Assembly: GCA_030141605.1 (NCBI GenBank)
Contig: JAQGDQ010000280.1
Coordinates: 166,058 to 230,057 of the forward strand
Direction: 5' to 3'
DNA length: 64,000 bases
Source of the DNA: Tubiluchus corallicola
Lineage: Eukaryota; Animalia; Priapulida
The notes under the pieces were generated by a model. That model did no database searches and was not told where the DNA came from. It worked only from the letters and a program-made list of their open reading frames with translations. Position numbers and translations under genes: made by a program. Positions 12,989 to 26,608 of this stretch are shown piece after piece; position 1 is the first letter of the stretch, and each line of letters begins with the position of its first letter.

Positions 12989-13529
12989 CAATAAACATGT
13001 TAACTTCTTTGTTTTTTGTAGGAAAATAATATCAATTTTTGTTATCGGTGTCCAGAATTTATCTCACTTTTTGTGTACTTGTCTTTTTTTAATTGAACCA
13101 GTTATACATCTGAACATATGCATTTGAAAACAAATGATGTTAATAATAAGAGCAGTTCAGATCTCGAAAATTCCTCTCTGCAGACAACATCTATTGTCAA
13201 GTCACAATCTAATCCGATTCGGATGGATAAATTTCGAGGCATTAAGCCATTTGAAATCTCGGCAGATACCTGAGCCGAGGAACATTGATATGTAAAGAGG
13301 ACGAGAGTCGGCAAAACACGATTTTCACATTTAGACGTTCCGTTGTGATGATAATCTTGATCCTGTTGCAGCCTCGGCTTAAGTGGCTTCTATATTACAA
13401 TTCCAACATCTTCACATGCGCTGCGTGCAGAGAAGCAATCAAATTGCATTACAGTATCCAGCAATTGCACACGGAATGAACACGGGCCAATCTAAAAACG
13501 TGGGCAAAAAGTTTAATATGTACGTAATG

Positions 13530-14150
13530 TGCACGTCTACACGCCCAACGTGCACGCAATGCGTACGTCTATACGCCCACCGTGCACGCAATGCGTACGT
13601 CTACACGCCCAACGTGCACGCAATGCGTACGTCTATACGCCCAACGTGCACGCAATGCGTATGTCTACACCCACACCGTGCACGCAATGCGTAAGTCTAT
13701 ACGCCCACCGTTCACGCAATGCGTAAGTCTATACGCCCACCGTTCAGGCAATGCGTAAATCTATACGCCCACCGTTCACGCAATGCGTAAGTCTATACGC
13801 CCACCGTTCACGCAATGCGTATGTCTACACGCCCAACGTGCACGCAATGCGTATGTCTACATGTCCAGCATGCACGAATCGTGTATGTCTCTACACATGA
13901 AGAATGTAGCGCGTTCTACAAACGCAACATGCACGCTTGCAGCATGTATGGCATGTATACAATGTATACTTCGACACACGCAACATGTACACAATGTGTA
14001 CTTCTACACGTGCAGCACGTAAGCTATGTGTAAGTTGTATGCATTGTGTTCTTTTACACGTGCAGCATGTAGACTATGTGTACTTGTACATGTGCAAGGT
14101 GTATGCAATGTGTTGCTACATGTATGCAATGATGTGCAACATTCACGTAC
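13530..14150. repeat. 32-bp CpG-rich minisatellite (GTCTACACGCCCAACGTGCACGCAATGCGTAC), ~10 good copies then a degenerate tail
   Basis: Period 32 from 13535 to ~13860; eroded related units continue to ~14150. Confidence 0.9.
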
Positions 14151-17100
14151 AATTAATTCTATGAATGTATGTGAAAAAACGAAAGCCAACTTAACCAATC
14201 TATAGCAACTAATTAACTAATTAATACACCTGTTCCATAAAATTAGCAAAAAGTACACGTCCTTGTGAACCTGTAATGCCACCCACCTAGTATCACATTT
14301 TATAAATACATGTATGTAAAAAAAAAACTCTGAAACGGATCATTCATGAGCTGATGCATTACGCTGTTTCTTTTCATTCAGCTGCAACAGCTGCTATACA
14401 GACAGGAAAACCTTCTACGTAATGAAAAATTAGCAATTCCTTGATTAATTCACATCTGCCACCAGCTACCAAAGGGTTAATTTCAAGTATCAGTCATTTT
14501 TTTCTGTCAAAATTCAGTTCGTCCTACAATATCATTATTTCGAAGGCAGAACCGGAGAGGCGAAACTCTTTATACATGCATATCGAACGCAGCCTGATAT
14601 GATGTACTAGCCCTTATATACGATACATGTATCTGATGTCTACATTAAAGTCAATTTCAAAGCAAAAATGATTAATTTTTAAGTTAATCATTAAAAATTA
14701 CAAGCCCCAGACGTCTGCATTTAAGCCAGTTTCAATACAAAAATGATTAATTTTTAAATTAACTATTTAATATTTAAACTATCATCTTCAGAAATCCCCC
14801 ATCACTTAAGACGATTAATTATAGCACAAACCTCGGGTGCAGCCTCCAACTGCATATTGCCACACGATGCCATCGAATCCACCAAATGAGCTAATTTTTG
14901 ACACCACATCGATGATTCTATATACTTGTTCGATAAGAGGTTTCCAAGCCCAAAATAACTGCAGTTCGATTATGACGGTTATAATAAGCAAACCACAGAA
15001 GAAGCGAAGACTTCTCCTCGAGTTGCTCCTTAATCAACGACTTCGAATGCAAATGAACTGACAGAGAAAAGTCGGGCAACTGCCTATAAACATGCTACAT
15101 TAATATCTTGTGTAATCAATATTGCTAATTTGAAATTCTTCCACTCGTGTTAGTGACGGGCGTGGAGGAGATTGTTTAAACAAGGCGCTAGAATATCAGC
15201 CTACAAGAAGAGCATAGCAAACGTTTGTGTGTGAATGAGAATAATGAAGAATTCCCCCACTTTGGTTGCTGTTGTAATGTAATCACAGCTTATGACACTT
15301 TCTAGAAAATAATGCTGCCTTTAAGCAACGCTTGCAATGTTCAACAATTTTTTATTTCTGTTTTGTGATTAGCTGGACACTGGTAATGTATCTAATCTCA
15401 AGGCTCAAAGATAAACTAGATAAGCTGTAAAAATCAATAAATGATAAACGACTTGATGCCAGGCTTGTCTTTACTTTACAGTCGCAAATCCAAAAAAAAT
15501 TTCTACTCTTTTCAGAAAAATTTTTCTCTTTTTAGAAACTTATCATCTGTACTGTTATAATATCACACACAGACTTTTTCCGTTCTGGCAAAAATTAAAT
15601 TTATCTGACGCATTCAATTGCGCTATTCACACAAAAACCTGATTCACTGAACGCTTTTAATCAATCACTGTGTGAACTCGGTCACATCGATAGGACCGTG
15701 AAAACTTGATTGCTTTTGGTATAGAAACTGCGATCCATTTCATCATCTCACCGATGCGCCATCACTGCAGCTCCAACGTTGATTAATTCACTTTGTTGGA
15801 AACGCGTTTTTATAACACTGGCTTTCAAAAGAATTCATTTGAATTTAAAACATGGTTGAATCAGTGCCGCAGCAAGAATGTATATTGCACGGGTATCGAA
15901 CCAGAGATGAAGAAAATAAGATCCAATCTTTCAGCAGTTTCGTATAGTTGTCGCTGTAGTTCTGTATCAATGTAACTAGGTCTCGCACTTAGCAAACGGT
16001 AAAATAGAAGTTCTCCAATAGGTCGCTTTCATCTCTATCAACAATGCAAGTCAGTGGTTTAGACTCTTATTCCAAAAAAACCTGTGTTCCCGTCGCATGT
16101 CACAGCAATTGTTACTATCACGTGACCTAAAGCGAAGACTTAAAGCAAATTCCATGCGCAACTCAACGAAATTTCTCGATACTCGCTCGCCAAATAATTA
16201 TTTTAAGATGACAACGACATTAGTAAGCATAATTTGTAAGACTTTCAGAAAAAAACTTGTAATTTTGAGCAACTTTTGGTAGCTGGAATGCAGAGAACAG
16301 CGTGCTATACATGATCACGTGACCCGCCACGCACAAAACGTTGAAACAGTTGAACGTCGTAAATTTCGGGTGAATTCCTACGACTCAGAAAAATAAATCT
16401 CGGTCATCTCTGCTGACTATGCTGAAGTCATCTCTATGCCAGCTTTTACGGCAAATTTACGCGCATTCCTAAACATCTCTGCTAAACATGCAAGTCCTGC
16501 GTGCAGTGGCGGAGAGTAAATAGAATCAATGACACTGGAACTAGTACAAATGAAATTTATATGTGGGCAGGGAAGGAAGCAAACTCAGTTAGGAATGCCA
16601 TGCCCAGTTTAACACGGTTCATTTAGTGGCGATATTGCATCAGGCAGGACACGCGAGACTTTCAGATAAGGCTACTGAAGCCAATATGGTTGCAGGTTAC
16701 AGGGACCTGGAGAACGCAGTAACGTTATTAGCAGATCATCAAGGCATAAAACTTTAATAGTTTTGAACAATTACACATAATTATATTACAGGACCGGAAC
16801 AACACGTTACGTTGTTGACTTGTAGTTGCACAGTAATGACTTAGTAAAACTAAAATAATTGTAACCTAAAATGATGTGCAAAATAATAACAAACTTTAAC
16901 AGTATTGTATAATCCAGTTATATTGTAGATTATTATTATTATATTATTATAATTATTATTAATCTCTCAGAGACTAGTAGATAAGATAGGCTTCAGAAGA
17001 CATAACGAAACTGGAGTTTATAGGAAATGTCGTCAATAGATTGTCAATGCATACAACTGTCATTTTTTTAAGAATAATAATTGGGAACGTGCAATCATAA

Positions 17101-18081
17101 TCTGGCCCAGAACCGTAGATGGAAATATCAATTATTGTGGATTTTCAAAATCATTGGCTGTGACCCTTTCTTGTGCCGGGGCTAAGCGGTAATTAGGTGC
17201 ATTCAGAATCAAACTCATAGGATTCGTCAACAGGGTTTAAATAGCACGGCATAGATCAAGAAGCCGAATGTTGCACTCTGTATATAAATGGCCTTCTGAT
17301 AATTTCCTATGTAATTTCATAGATCAATTTTCTCCAGCCCAACAAAAGTCAGTTACATGACCTTACTGTTGATAGTCAACCATTCAATAACTTTTCAGAG
17401 TCAACGTTGTTCAACTTTGGTACTTTTTGGTCATAAATTAAACCAAATAACGGCTTTGTTGGTGCGTGCATTAATTTCGTAATTTTGAAGCAAAATCTAC
17501 ATAATAAGCCACAGTAAGAGCCATATAATTAGCAACCACGACGCCATCAGGCGTGTTTTTTAACGTCTTTTGTGGAATTACTATTTACTACCAGGCAGCC
17601 AAGTCACAGATGTTCGGTAAAAACGTAATGGACAGAAAGAAACGAATGCATTTTTCTCTTTGTCAACCATGACAGCATGAAATGGACAGTAAATGACACG
17701 AGAGTGGAAACACGGTAAACAGTCTCTGTTCACAATGATCACGCTGGTTGCTCATCATCTAGAAACCTAGCCCTCCTCCTCCTCCCATTCAGAGCCATGA
17801 CCTCCTGGTATTGTTGGCATAGATGAATGAAGCACATGGCAAACAAAATGAAGTCAGTTATAATATAATGCGCTAACATGATTGACGCGATGATGAAAAG
17901 GCTCTTTTTTCATACAAAGCCCTGCCTAAATGGCACCTCTACTGCATAATGCAGATGTTATTAGCAACAGTACTTTGAGATCTGTTGGTGATGAAGAAAT
18001 GTAAATAAAGGAACAAATGAAATTACTCTTCTACATGGTACAGATACACTGTGTCATTAAAATGTTATTTGTTTAGTACAG

Positions 18082-18315
18082 CCAGTCGGTCGGTCGGTCG
18101 GTCGGCCGGCCATTCATTCATTCATTCATTCATTCAGTCAGTCAGTCAGTCAGTCAGTCAGTCAGTCAGTCAGTCAGTCAGTCAGTCAGTCAGTCAGTCA
18201 GTCAGTCAGTCAGTCAGTCAGTCAGTCAGTCAGTCAGTCAGTCAGTCAGTCAGTCAGTCAGTCAGTCTGTATGTCAGGCAGGCAGGCAGGCAGGCATCCG
18301 GTCAGCCAGTCAGTC
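18082..18315. repeat. Compound tetranucleotide microsatellite (CGGT)(CATT)(CAGT)(CAGG)
   Basis: Directly visible. Confidence 0.95.
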
Positions 18316-19286
18316 GTATGATTATCCAGTGATAGATATTTATAAAATTGATCTGATACATTAATTTACGATGACTGTAAGAATATAATAGAGTATCACC
18401 ATCATAATCGGTGGCACGCAACTTGGATACAATAATAACTCGTATTAAATACATGAATAAATAATGATAAAATAGACTTTAACTAGTTTGACAAGATCTA
18501 AAATTTAACAACAGTAAATGCTTAATGTAGAAGACTATGGCAGGACCGGAATTTAGCTTACTATCAGCGATCAGTTGCTTATTAATTTTAGGAATTTTAG
18601 TAATTATTTACTTAAAGTAACAGTTACTAATGAAGAATTTACACGTATAAACGAAAAGTCGTGTCGTCAACAATTAAAGTTTTGTAGTACCGAAATATTT
18701 GGGGGATCGTTCACCACAATAAAAATAACAATTGGTCCTTCAGTGGTTTGAATGGCTTCATTCGTTTCACAAGTATCTGGCTTCAGCTGCCCAATTTCAA
18801 CATTACTCAGTTTTTGTCCCACCAGAAGCCGCTTTAATCTCGGGTCAAATCACATTTATTTGTGTTGAGATTTTGAGTGAATGAGATTCGTGTTTGCTGA
18901 AGCCGGATAACAAAAGCAGTCTGGCTTCATTAAGAAGACTAGGTCACTTAATACTATGTAAATTAAATGCGTTTTTACTGTTCAATCAAGCGAAAAGCTA
19001 GAAGGCCATTTGCAAAACGAATGGGTTAAAGTATAAAAATAGCCTTATCAAAGCGATCTAACACAAATCAATAAAAGTGACGTCACAAGTGTGGTTCCTA
19101 CAGACCATCTGCTTATGGTAACACACCACAAACAGTTTCATGAAGGAATAAGACAAACGTCAAATGTTTCTGAAAAGTGAAGTTTGACCTGCATTTAGCA
19201 AATGCAAGATTGGATAACCGAGACAAAAGGATCTTAACCTTTAGTGTGGAAGCTTTTAGTGATTGAAAGATAATGTTACTTCAAGT

Positions 19287-19292
19287 CACACA

Positions 19293-19340
<48 letters not shown>

Positions 19341-19390
19341 CACACACACCAACACACACACACACATATATATATATATAGAGAGAGAGA
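19287..19390. repeat. Compound (CACG)n(CA)n(TA)n(GA)n microsatellite
   Basis: Directly visible. Confidence 0.95.
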
Positions 19391-19671
19391 CATATAGATT
19401 CATATTACATACAACGAGCACTAAGAGGCTTAATGGCAAACTAATCTTTGTCTTTGAGACCTTTAAAACAAAATCAATTTTGTGCTTCGTCATAGGTCAA
19501 AATCAAATGACCAATGACCAACGTTAAAAGTAAACTGACCATAAGAGATGTACATTCACGAGTAACGTTATTAAAATTTCTTTCAAAATCAAAATGCGAC
19601 CAGTTAGGAAAGAAAATGAATTTACAAGTTTTACTGCAAATTTGTCCCCTCGATCCTCGATCCTTCATCCA

Positions 19672-19687
19672 TCTCATCTCTCTTTCA

Positions 19688-19755
<68 letters not shown>

Positions 19756-19884
19756 TCTCTCTCTTTCTCTCTCTCTCTCTCCCTCTCTACTCTCTGTCTC
19801 TCTCTGTCTCTCTCTCTCTCCCTCTCCCCGCTTTCTCTCTCTTTCTCTCCCTCCTTCTCTATCTCTCTCTGTCTCTCTTTCTCT
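19672..19884. repeat. (CT)n polypyrimidine microsatellite
   Basis: Directly visible. Confidence 0.95.
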
Positions 19885-21971
19885 ATTGTAAACTGCACAT
19901 TCTGACAACTCGTAATGACTATCTGATCGTTTCATTCTTTCTCGCAATAGGCATTCGATCAAGGAAGCCATTTGGACAAGTCAACAGCCTAATGACCAAA
20001 TTGTGTTGGTGACAGTAGCGGTGAAGTGGTTTCTCCATAACAGGGATAGATGGCTTCATTTACGAACAAACATTCCAATGCCGTACAGACGTTTGCAAGG
20101 TTTCAAAGTATGTATGTGAGTACACTAGACACAAGGCGACTCTTGGACAAGATGGCGAATGACTTCTATTAAACAACATTGATAAAATTACTAATTAGCA
20201 GTCATTGTAAGAAACTGTCCACTGCAAGGCTTGCACAAAAGCTCTGGAAGCCACAAAAAACAAGCAAATTCTTAGCATAACATTACTATGATTTCACCGA
20301 GAAAATTTCTTTTCAACATTTTTGAAAAGTGTATCACATAGATCTTGTATCGAAAAATGGGATGCATGTCGAGCTTAAAACTAACTTTATCTATCTCTAT
20401 ATCATTCTCTATTAATCTACACTATACTCCATCGTTACTCTACCATTCCATGGAGAACTGCAGCCAAATCTGGTGCGTCAATTGAGACGCGAAGTCGTGC
20501 CATCAGTCTGGTTGGGCCGTCTTCAATGTTTAATCACATTTTTATTGTGTCTTTACCTTGATTGACTCCTGACTTTGAATTAGACGGCTTATATAACTTT
20601 CTAATCAAGAATTTTTCCTTAAAAAATCAAATCAAATCAGAATCAAAAATCTAAAACAAAATTGCAAATATTTTGCAAAAATATACAGAATTCTGAAGTA
20701 CATTACTTCTAAAAAATGGACGTTTCGTGCAGCAGAGAAAATTTAGTTTTTCGGAGCTTTAAACACAATGAAACCTCGACTTTTTCTTCCGTTAACCGGC
20801 GCATGCGCACTTCACATTCCTTGAAAACGCTACAAATGTTTTATCTCGGATTAGTCGTACGCTACACGCAGCTTATCTCAATGTTTTGCATTGATCACTC
20901 GAAGAGATGATATCGCCTCTGAATGAATCAACCTGGAGAAATATCGCCCTCTTTAGCGATTGCGTAGATTGAGCTGATGAGCAGCAGAATCTTCTGCAGA
21001 GAGAGAAATGCAGCATTACTGCCAACTGATGGCCAAGCGCATTTAGTGGACGGTTAGTGGAGGAATTATTGGACAGTTCAGAACGCTGAAGGCTGAATTA
21101 TCATTCCATTACGTTGATTGTGTATTGACTGGCGTTTAATTCTAGAAGAAGAGATGACAGGGTGAAACGTTCACATGGCTGGGCAAAGAAGAGGGGTTGT
21201 GATTAGAGGTCTGCACTGTATGGAATGGTCAAAATGGCGTTAGATGTTATTCAAACAAAAGCGAATATCAAATCACAGTTTATACGTTAGTAGTGGTGTA
21301 AAAGCATGTAAACCTTAGAGAGATGTAACCCTTAGGGAGAGTGGTATGCGCATGCGTTCCCCAAATACATAATCCTGAAAAGAAACTCATCATGGACACG
21401 AATTTTTTTCATGCTTTAGTGCCTTTAAACAGATACATATACAATTCTTCCATTCTTCAAAACTTATTGGTGATTCTGTTATTAATATTGTTCTATTTTA
21501 GCGTCATGCAGAGGTAAATAAATTGAAATTGAATTGAATTGAATTGAAACAAATTGCAAACGAATTACAACTTCAATGAAGTATACAGGCACTAAATAGT
21601 ACAAACTACATACAAGCAACATACATAAGCGGCAAATTATAAAAGCAGAAAGTGTTCTATAAGAATTGTAATATTATAGTTGTATTACTTAATACAACCA
21701 TAACAATCGCATACATTAACACATGAATACATTATCATAAATTCTCTTTTGCTATTTCATAACTCTTAATATACATGCAAAAAGTGAAATATACGCATAA
21801 CCATATCCCAGCACGTATAAAAAGGAAAAGTGTTTAGTTTACAAAGCGTTTATACAAATCGTGTTGTTCCGCTAGTTTGTTTACCAGTCTATGGTTTAAC
21901 TGGTAAAATTCAGAAAATGGTTCTATGACCTTTTCTCTAAAGGCTGCAAAGATAATAACGGTCATCCAATA

Positions 21972-22464
21972 TTGCCGAATTGTAACTGTGGGTTTCGATT
22001 TGAGTCTGTTGAACACTCTTTGTTGCACTGCACATTGTATCAACAAACTAGGGTTGTTGTGTTTGATAAACTAAATGAAATACTTCTGCCCGAAAACCTT
22101 AATATAGCTGCCTTAGGAACTAATGATCTGTTGAAGTTGTTATTGTTTGGAAAAGATGAATTTAACTATGTTGCTAACTGTAAAATATTCCGATGTATAC
22201 ATGACTTTATATTACGTACTAAGCGCTTCCAGTAGTTTCTATCTGATATGAAATGCATCAGTGTTAAATATTCGTACATTAATATTTTCTAACCGTCATT
22301 TTCTACTAATGTCTAATGTAAAACTTGTCAGCTTGTGTAGTTATAGTCTTTTCTTACTGTAAATGTTCTTGTAAATAGTGTATAAAGTCTGTTGTGGTGA
22401 GGATCCTAAATCATGTTGTTCAAACTGTCTGATCCAATCCTAAATAAATTATGTTTAAACTAAA
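21972..22464 (+). mobile_element. CR1-group LINE 3' fragment (ORF2 C-terminus plus 3' UTR)
   Basis: PNCNCG..ESVEHSLLHC.LY...R ... LLLFG ... FILRTKRF* is the C-terminal motif of invertebrate CR1-type ORF2; 3' UTR ends in a GGATC...GATCC stem and AATAAA. Confidence 0.8.
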
Positions 22465-23022
22465 ATTCAGAAAAAATGATAAAGAAATTGAAGCCACAAC
22501 GTGGTAGAAGCCACTCTAAGATTTTACATTACAGAATTGCTAGAAATGCGAACGAATTCGTTTCGTCTGTTTTTTAGTTTATTTAGTAAAATGTTATGAT
22601 AATGAAAATTACATGGACGCCAGGAAAATTTAACCACTGTGTCAACAACGACTTCCTCAAGCCAGGAGAAACGATCTCCAATCAGCAGACACTGTAAATA
22701 TTATCTTACAGCAATTAGTGTTGCATTTGGAAGTTGATTCATGCAAAGACAAACAGACGTAAAATTACTAACACAAATTAAACAGCAGCAGGATTCGTTT
22801 GGTGAGCTTCAAATGACTGCTGTCTAGAGGTTATCAGGAAAAATTTTTTGCTTACAATAACACTTTGAATCTTAGATGAGTCGTTTGGAATTAAACGTAA
22901 AGCCACGTTCAATTAGTTACAATTTTAATGCCAGGATGATTATTAATGATTAGACAAACCCACCATTAAATAAATTTTATACCTTACTCGAAAGACGGAA
23001 GTGTAAAAAGGTGGAAAACTGT

Positions 23023-23075
23023 CTAGATTTGAACCAAGGAGCTTCGGCTTACAAGGCGGATGCCTTGGGCCACCG
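23023..23075 (-). mobile_element. tRNA-derived SINE head fragment
   Basis: Minus strand ...GGCATCCGCCTTGTAAGCCGAAGCTCCTTGGTTCAAATC has a B-box and an anticodon-arm-like segment, but no acceptor stem. Confidence 0.45.
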
Positions 23076-23353
23076 TGTTCCTCGTATTTATGACGGTATT
23101 TAGTCCAAAGTTCATTCATTACAGCTGGTCAACCATTTCGGCATTTCCAATGTTAGAACCATGTTGTGTGCTGTTTTGTTTTTATTTATGATTATGTGTA
23201 ATTGCTTTAGTATTGGTAATTATGTTTATTATAATTGTACTCGTTGTTTTTCATAGCGTGTAATACGTGTAGATTTTGTTACTATGTATTAAAATATGTT
23301 CGTTATAATCTGTAACTATGTCTATTGTATATGATCGTTGGTATATGCTTATG

Positions 23354-23355
23354 CA

Positions 23356-23440
<85 letters not shown>

Positions 23441-23460
23441 GTATATGTATATGTATTTAT
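23354..23460. repeat. (ATGTGT)n hexanucleotide microsatellite
   Basis: Directly visible. Confidence 0.95.
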
Positions 23461-23916
23461 GTGCCCACCCACTTACTAACCCGACCTAGCAATATTTGAC
23501 TTTGTAACGAAGCACGTGCCGTGATCACTCATCCCTCTCGCGTTAGAATGAATTTGGAAAATGAAGCCATATATTAGGACACGTAAAATTATTGCTAGTT
23601 CGAGCGTCTCTATAATTACAAGCAACTAAACGTTCGACGATCTCGTATAAAATATGGACAGACATTTACAACGTGTGTAGAATCACTCTCGACAAGTGAT
23701 AATTCCCCGGCATCACGTGGTAATGTCATTCTCCGTTCCTCTGCTTCCCAGCCCACGTGACCCGCATCCTGAACGGAGGCTGTCAATTTTGTCGTCTCTT
23801 GCTGGCTTATTAACGCATTGGGGTGCAATGCAGGGCATCTATTGTGTTCGAGTTTTAATTAGTTCTGCTATTGCGCCTAGTCACTCAATGCATGTACGAT
23901 TACTACATGAATAGTT

Positions 23917-24497
23917 TTAAAGGAAAGATCAAGCCTTCTGGGAAGTTACGTTTATTTCGATGTTCGCGAAAAAAAGTTTTAGTAATAAAGTTAATAAGTA
24001 ATAAAAATAAGTAATAGTAATAATATTAATAATAATAATATGTAATAAGAAAGATTTAGTAATAAAAGTGCGATAAGTGCCTCTTGTAATTAGTAAAATC
24101 ACTTTAAAGTCGCGATAATTTCATTTTTAAGTGCCCCCATTTTGAACTCTGATTCTTTCACCAATGACGTCATTCACCGACCGAAAAAAGCTGCGCACTG
24201 TCAATTCCTCTCAAAAACATAAGCGGTTTTTATAAAAAGTCAGACAACTAATTTTAAGGTATTTTTGCACGAACATTAGGTAAGCTGCAGAAGTTTGAAT
24301 TTGTTTAAGCAGCGCGCCCTTACAGAAACACACGCAGTCTCCCAGCTACGTCATGATTTTCAACTGAATGGCGACAACCATCACGCCTGAAAATGTATGC
24401 AAAGTGGTAGCATAAAGTAACTTTATGGTTTATACCTTTTTTGGCAATTTTTCCGATACATTTTTCCAAATTTAAACGACAGCAGTAAAATAACCCA
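23917..24497 (+). mobile_element. TTAA-flanked MITE family B, far end truncated
   Basis: TTAA-AGGAAAGATCAAGCCTTCTGGGAAG terminus; reverse complement of 45562-46100. Confidence 0.8.
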
Positions 24498-25171
24498 GCT
24501 GAGACACGGAATTTCCCTGATAGCGTTTATAGTGTATAAGTCAGGAAAGGCGATATTTAGAAACTTAGAATCTCCTGAGAACCTCAAAAGATGGCTTCTT
24601 TGATATATTTAGAAACTAAAAAGCTCCTCAAAAGACGGGTTCTTTGTTATAAGCAGTTTGAATTTTGCAATGGTGACAAATTGGTGACAAGTAAGTGTAT
24701 AAACGCACGAAAGCACCCTTACATTAGAAGGTTTGATCGACCTTGTACCTCTAATGGGAGCTGAACCCAAGACCTTCTGTTTACCGTACGGCTATGTTAA
24801 CCATTGCAAGGAAATTTTCTCTTATTGGTCAGCAGTTTTATTCTCATTATTCTTTTGATAAGCTTTTTTAGAGACCGGTAAAAGTAAAAAACAAACACTA
24901 GAAAACTAAAGAACAAATAGACCACGGAACTGGCGCCGCCCGCGGCTATTTTACAAAACTTTGTGGCGGACAAGATGCCGTGTTGTCTGGGAGTCACGTG
25001 ACACGATAATCGATGGCTTCAGCACAAATACATGCAGCAGATGACTTCCGGTAGAGGGAAGTAGACCTATCAAACCAGGATTGATTGATCACACAATCAG
25101 TTTACCAATAGAAACTGCTCGTAGTTAAGCAATTGAAGGCGTGTCCATTCTTAGTAAGGGATGCTGGGATG

Positions 25172-25289
25172 GTGGAAAGTGTTTACAATTCCCCACAGAG
25201 TTTAAGTAACCTAACCCTAACCGTAACCCCAATCCTAATCCCTCTTCACGAACTAATTTCTTGTGTGTGGAGAATTGTGAGCTTTAGCC
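25172..25289 (+). mobile_element. Short TIR element with internal TAACCC-type tract
   Basis: Imperfect inverted ends (AAAG..TTACAATTCCCCACA / TGTGGAGAATTGTGAGCTTT); same flanks as 48725-49118. Confidence 0.6.
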
Positions 25290-25444
25290 AAATCATTAAC
25301 CATAAAAATAAACGTCTATTCGGCTTCGCTTCTCTACAAAAACTGTAATAATATTAAAAACGTTATTTCGAATATGTTTTGCCAAACAGGCAGAAAAAGG
25401 CAAACAGTTGAGGGGTATGTTCTAACTTTCACTAAGTTGCTAGT

Positions 25445-26155
25445 TGCACTGGTATGTGTGACACTGATACGTGTGGCACTGATAGGTGTGACACTGATAC
25501 GTGTGGCACTGATAGGTGTGACACTGATACGTGTGACACTGATACGTGTGGCAATGGTATGTGTGACACTGATACGGTGTGGCACTGGTATGTGTGACAC
25601 TGGTACGTGTGGCACTGGTATGTGTGACACTGATATGTGTGACACTGATACGGTGTGGCACTGTTATGTGTGACCCTGGTACGTGTGGCACTGGTATGTG
25701 AGATACTGGTACGTATAGCACTGGTATGTGTGACACTGGTATGTGTGACACTGATACGGTGTGGCACTGGTATGTGTGACACTGGTACGTGTGGCACTGG
25801 TATGTGTGACACTGGTACGTATAGCATTGGTATGTGCGATACTGGTACGTATAGCACTGGTATGTGTGACACTGGTACGTATAGCACTGGTATGTGTGAC
25901 ACTGATACGGTGTGGCACTGGTATGTGTGACACTGATACGGTGTGGCACTGGTAAGTGTGACACCGGTACGTGTGGCACTGGTATGCGTGACACTGGTAC
26001 GTGTGGCACTGGTATGTGAGATACTGGTACGTATAGCATTGGTATGTGCGATACTGGTACGTATAGCACTGGTATGTGTGACACTGATACGGTGTGGCAC
26101 TGGTATGTGTAACACTGGTACGTGTGGCACTGGTATGTGTGACACTGATATGTGA
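25445..26155. repeat. 15/16-bp minisatellite (GTG[AG]CACTG[GA]TA[TC]GT) with 30-bp alternation
   Basis: ~700 bp of tandem units; source of the HTYQC/HIPV pseudo-ORFs. Confidence 0.93.
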
Positions 26156-26214
26156 TAAATGTGTAATGATCATATTATTAGTTTATTTGTTTCCCCACTT
26201 GAGAAGATAGATAC

Positions 26215-26608
26215 AATAAGCCTTTTCACATTTTGCAATGCACACGTGCAGTTGTTGCAGTTCAAAGGTTAAATTCACCACAGCAACGTGTCTTAACTAC
26301 AACCGTCACGTGACTTGTTGGTAAAGCAAAGCCGTCTGTCGAATCAGTTTAGTAACTTCAGTTGTTTTAAGCGGACTTTACTTAATTATGCATTAATCAG
26401 TGTGCAGAGTGAGTTATTGGCAGGTTCTTGCTTTGGATCAAGAAAAAATGAACTAGGTAAGATTCTAGCTAGCTGATAAAATTGGTATTATTACAACAGC
26501 ATGAGCTGCGAGGCTTTGTCACGTGTACACAAATGCATTGTTTAGTACGTTTAACCTTTGACCATTTCACGATCGTCATCAATCGCTGGAACTGCGAAAA
26601 GGCTTATT
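26215..26608 (-). mobile_element. MITE family E (TIR AATAAGCCTTTTC), superfamily unassigned
   Basis: AATAAGCCTTTTCACA ... TGCGAAAAGGCTTATT; reverse complement of 42050-42430. Confidence 0.85.

Larger units (their letters stand above)
12516..13001 (-). mobile_element. Penelope-like retroelement 3' fragment with inverted pseudo-LTRs
   Basis: ~85-bp inverted arms (12516-12600, 12917-13001), each with a hammerhead motif followed by AATAAA. The intervening minus-strand frame (two stops) reads ...FIEQ..R..E..KNH...NFYIL...RETAEYLY...LNPPG, resembling a decayed GIY-YIG endonuclease C-terminus. Confidence 0.7.

Noticed and set aside
25334-26173. Repetitive Cys/His-rich ORFs up to 237 aa (HTYQC repeats)
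   Set aside because: By-product of a 15-bp unit; 16-bp variants shift the frame repeatedly, so no frame is preserved.
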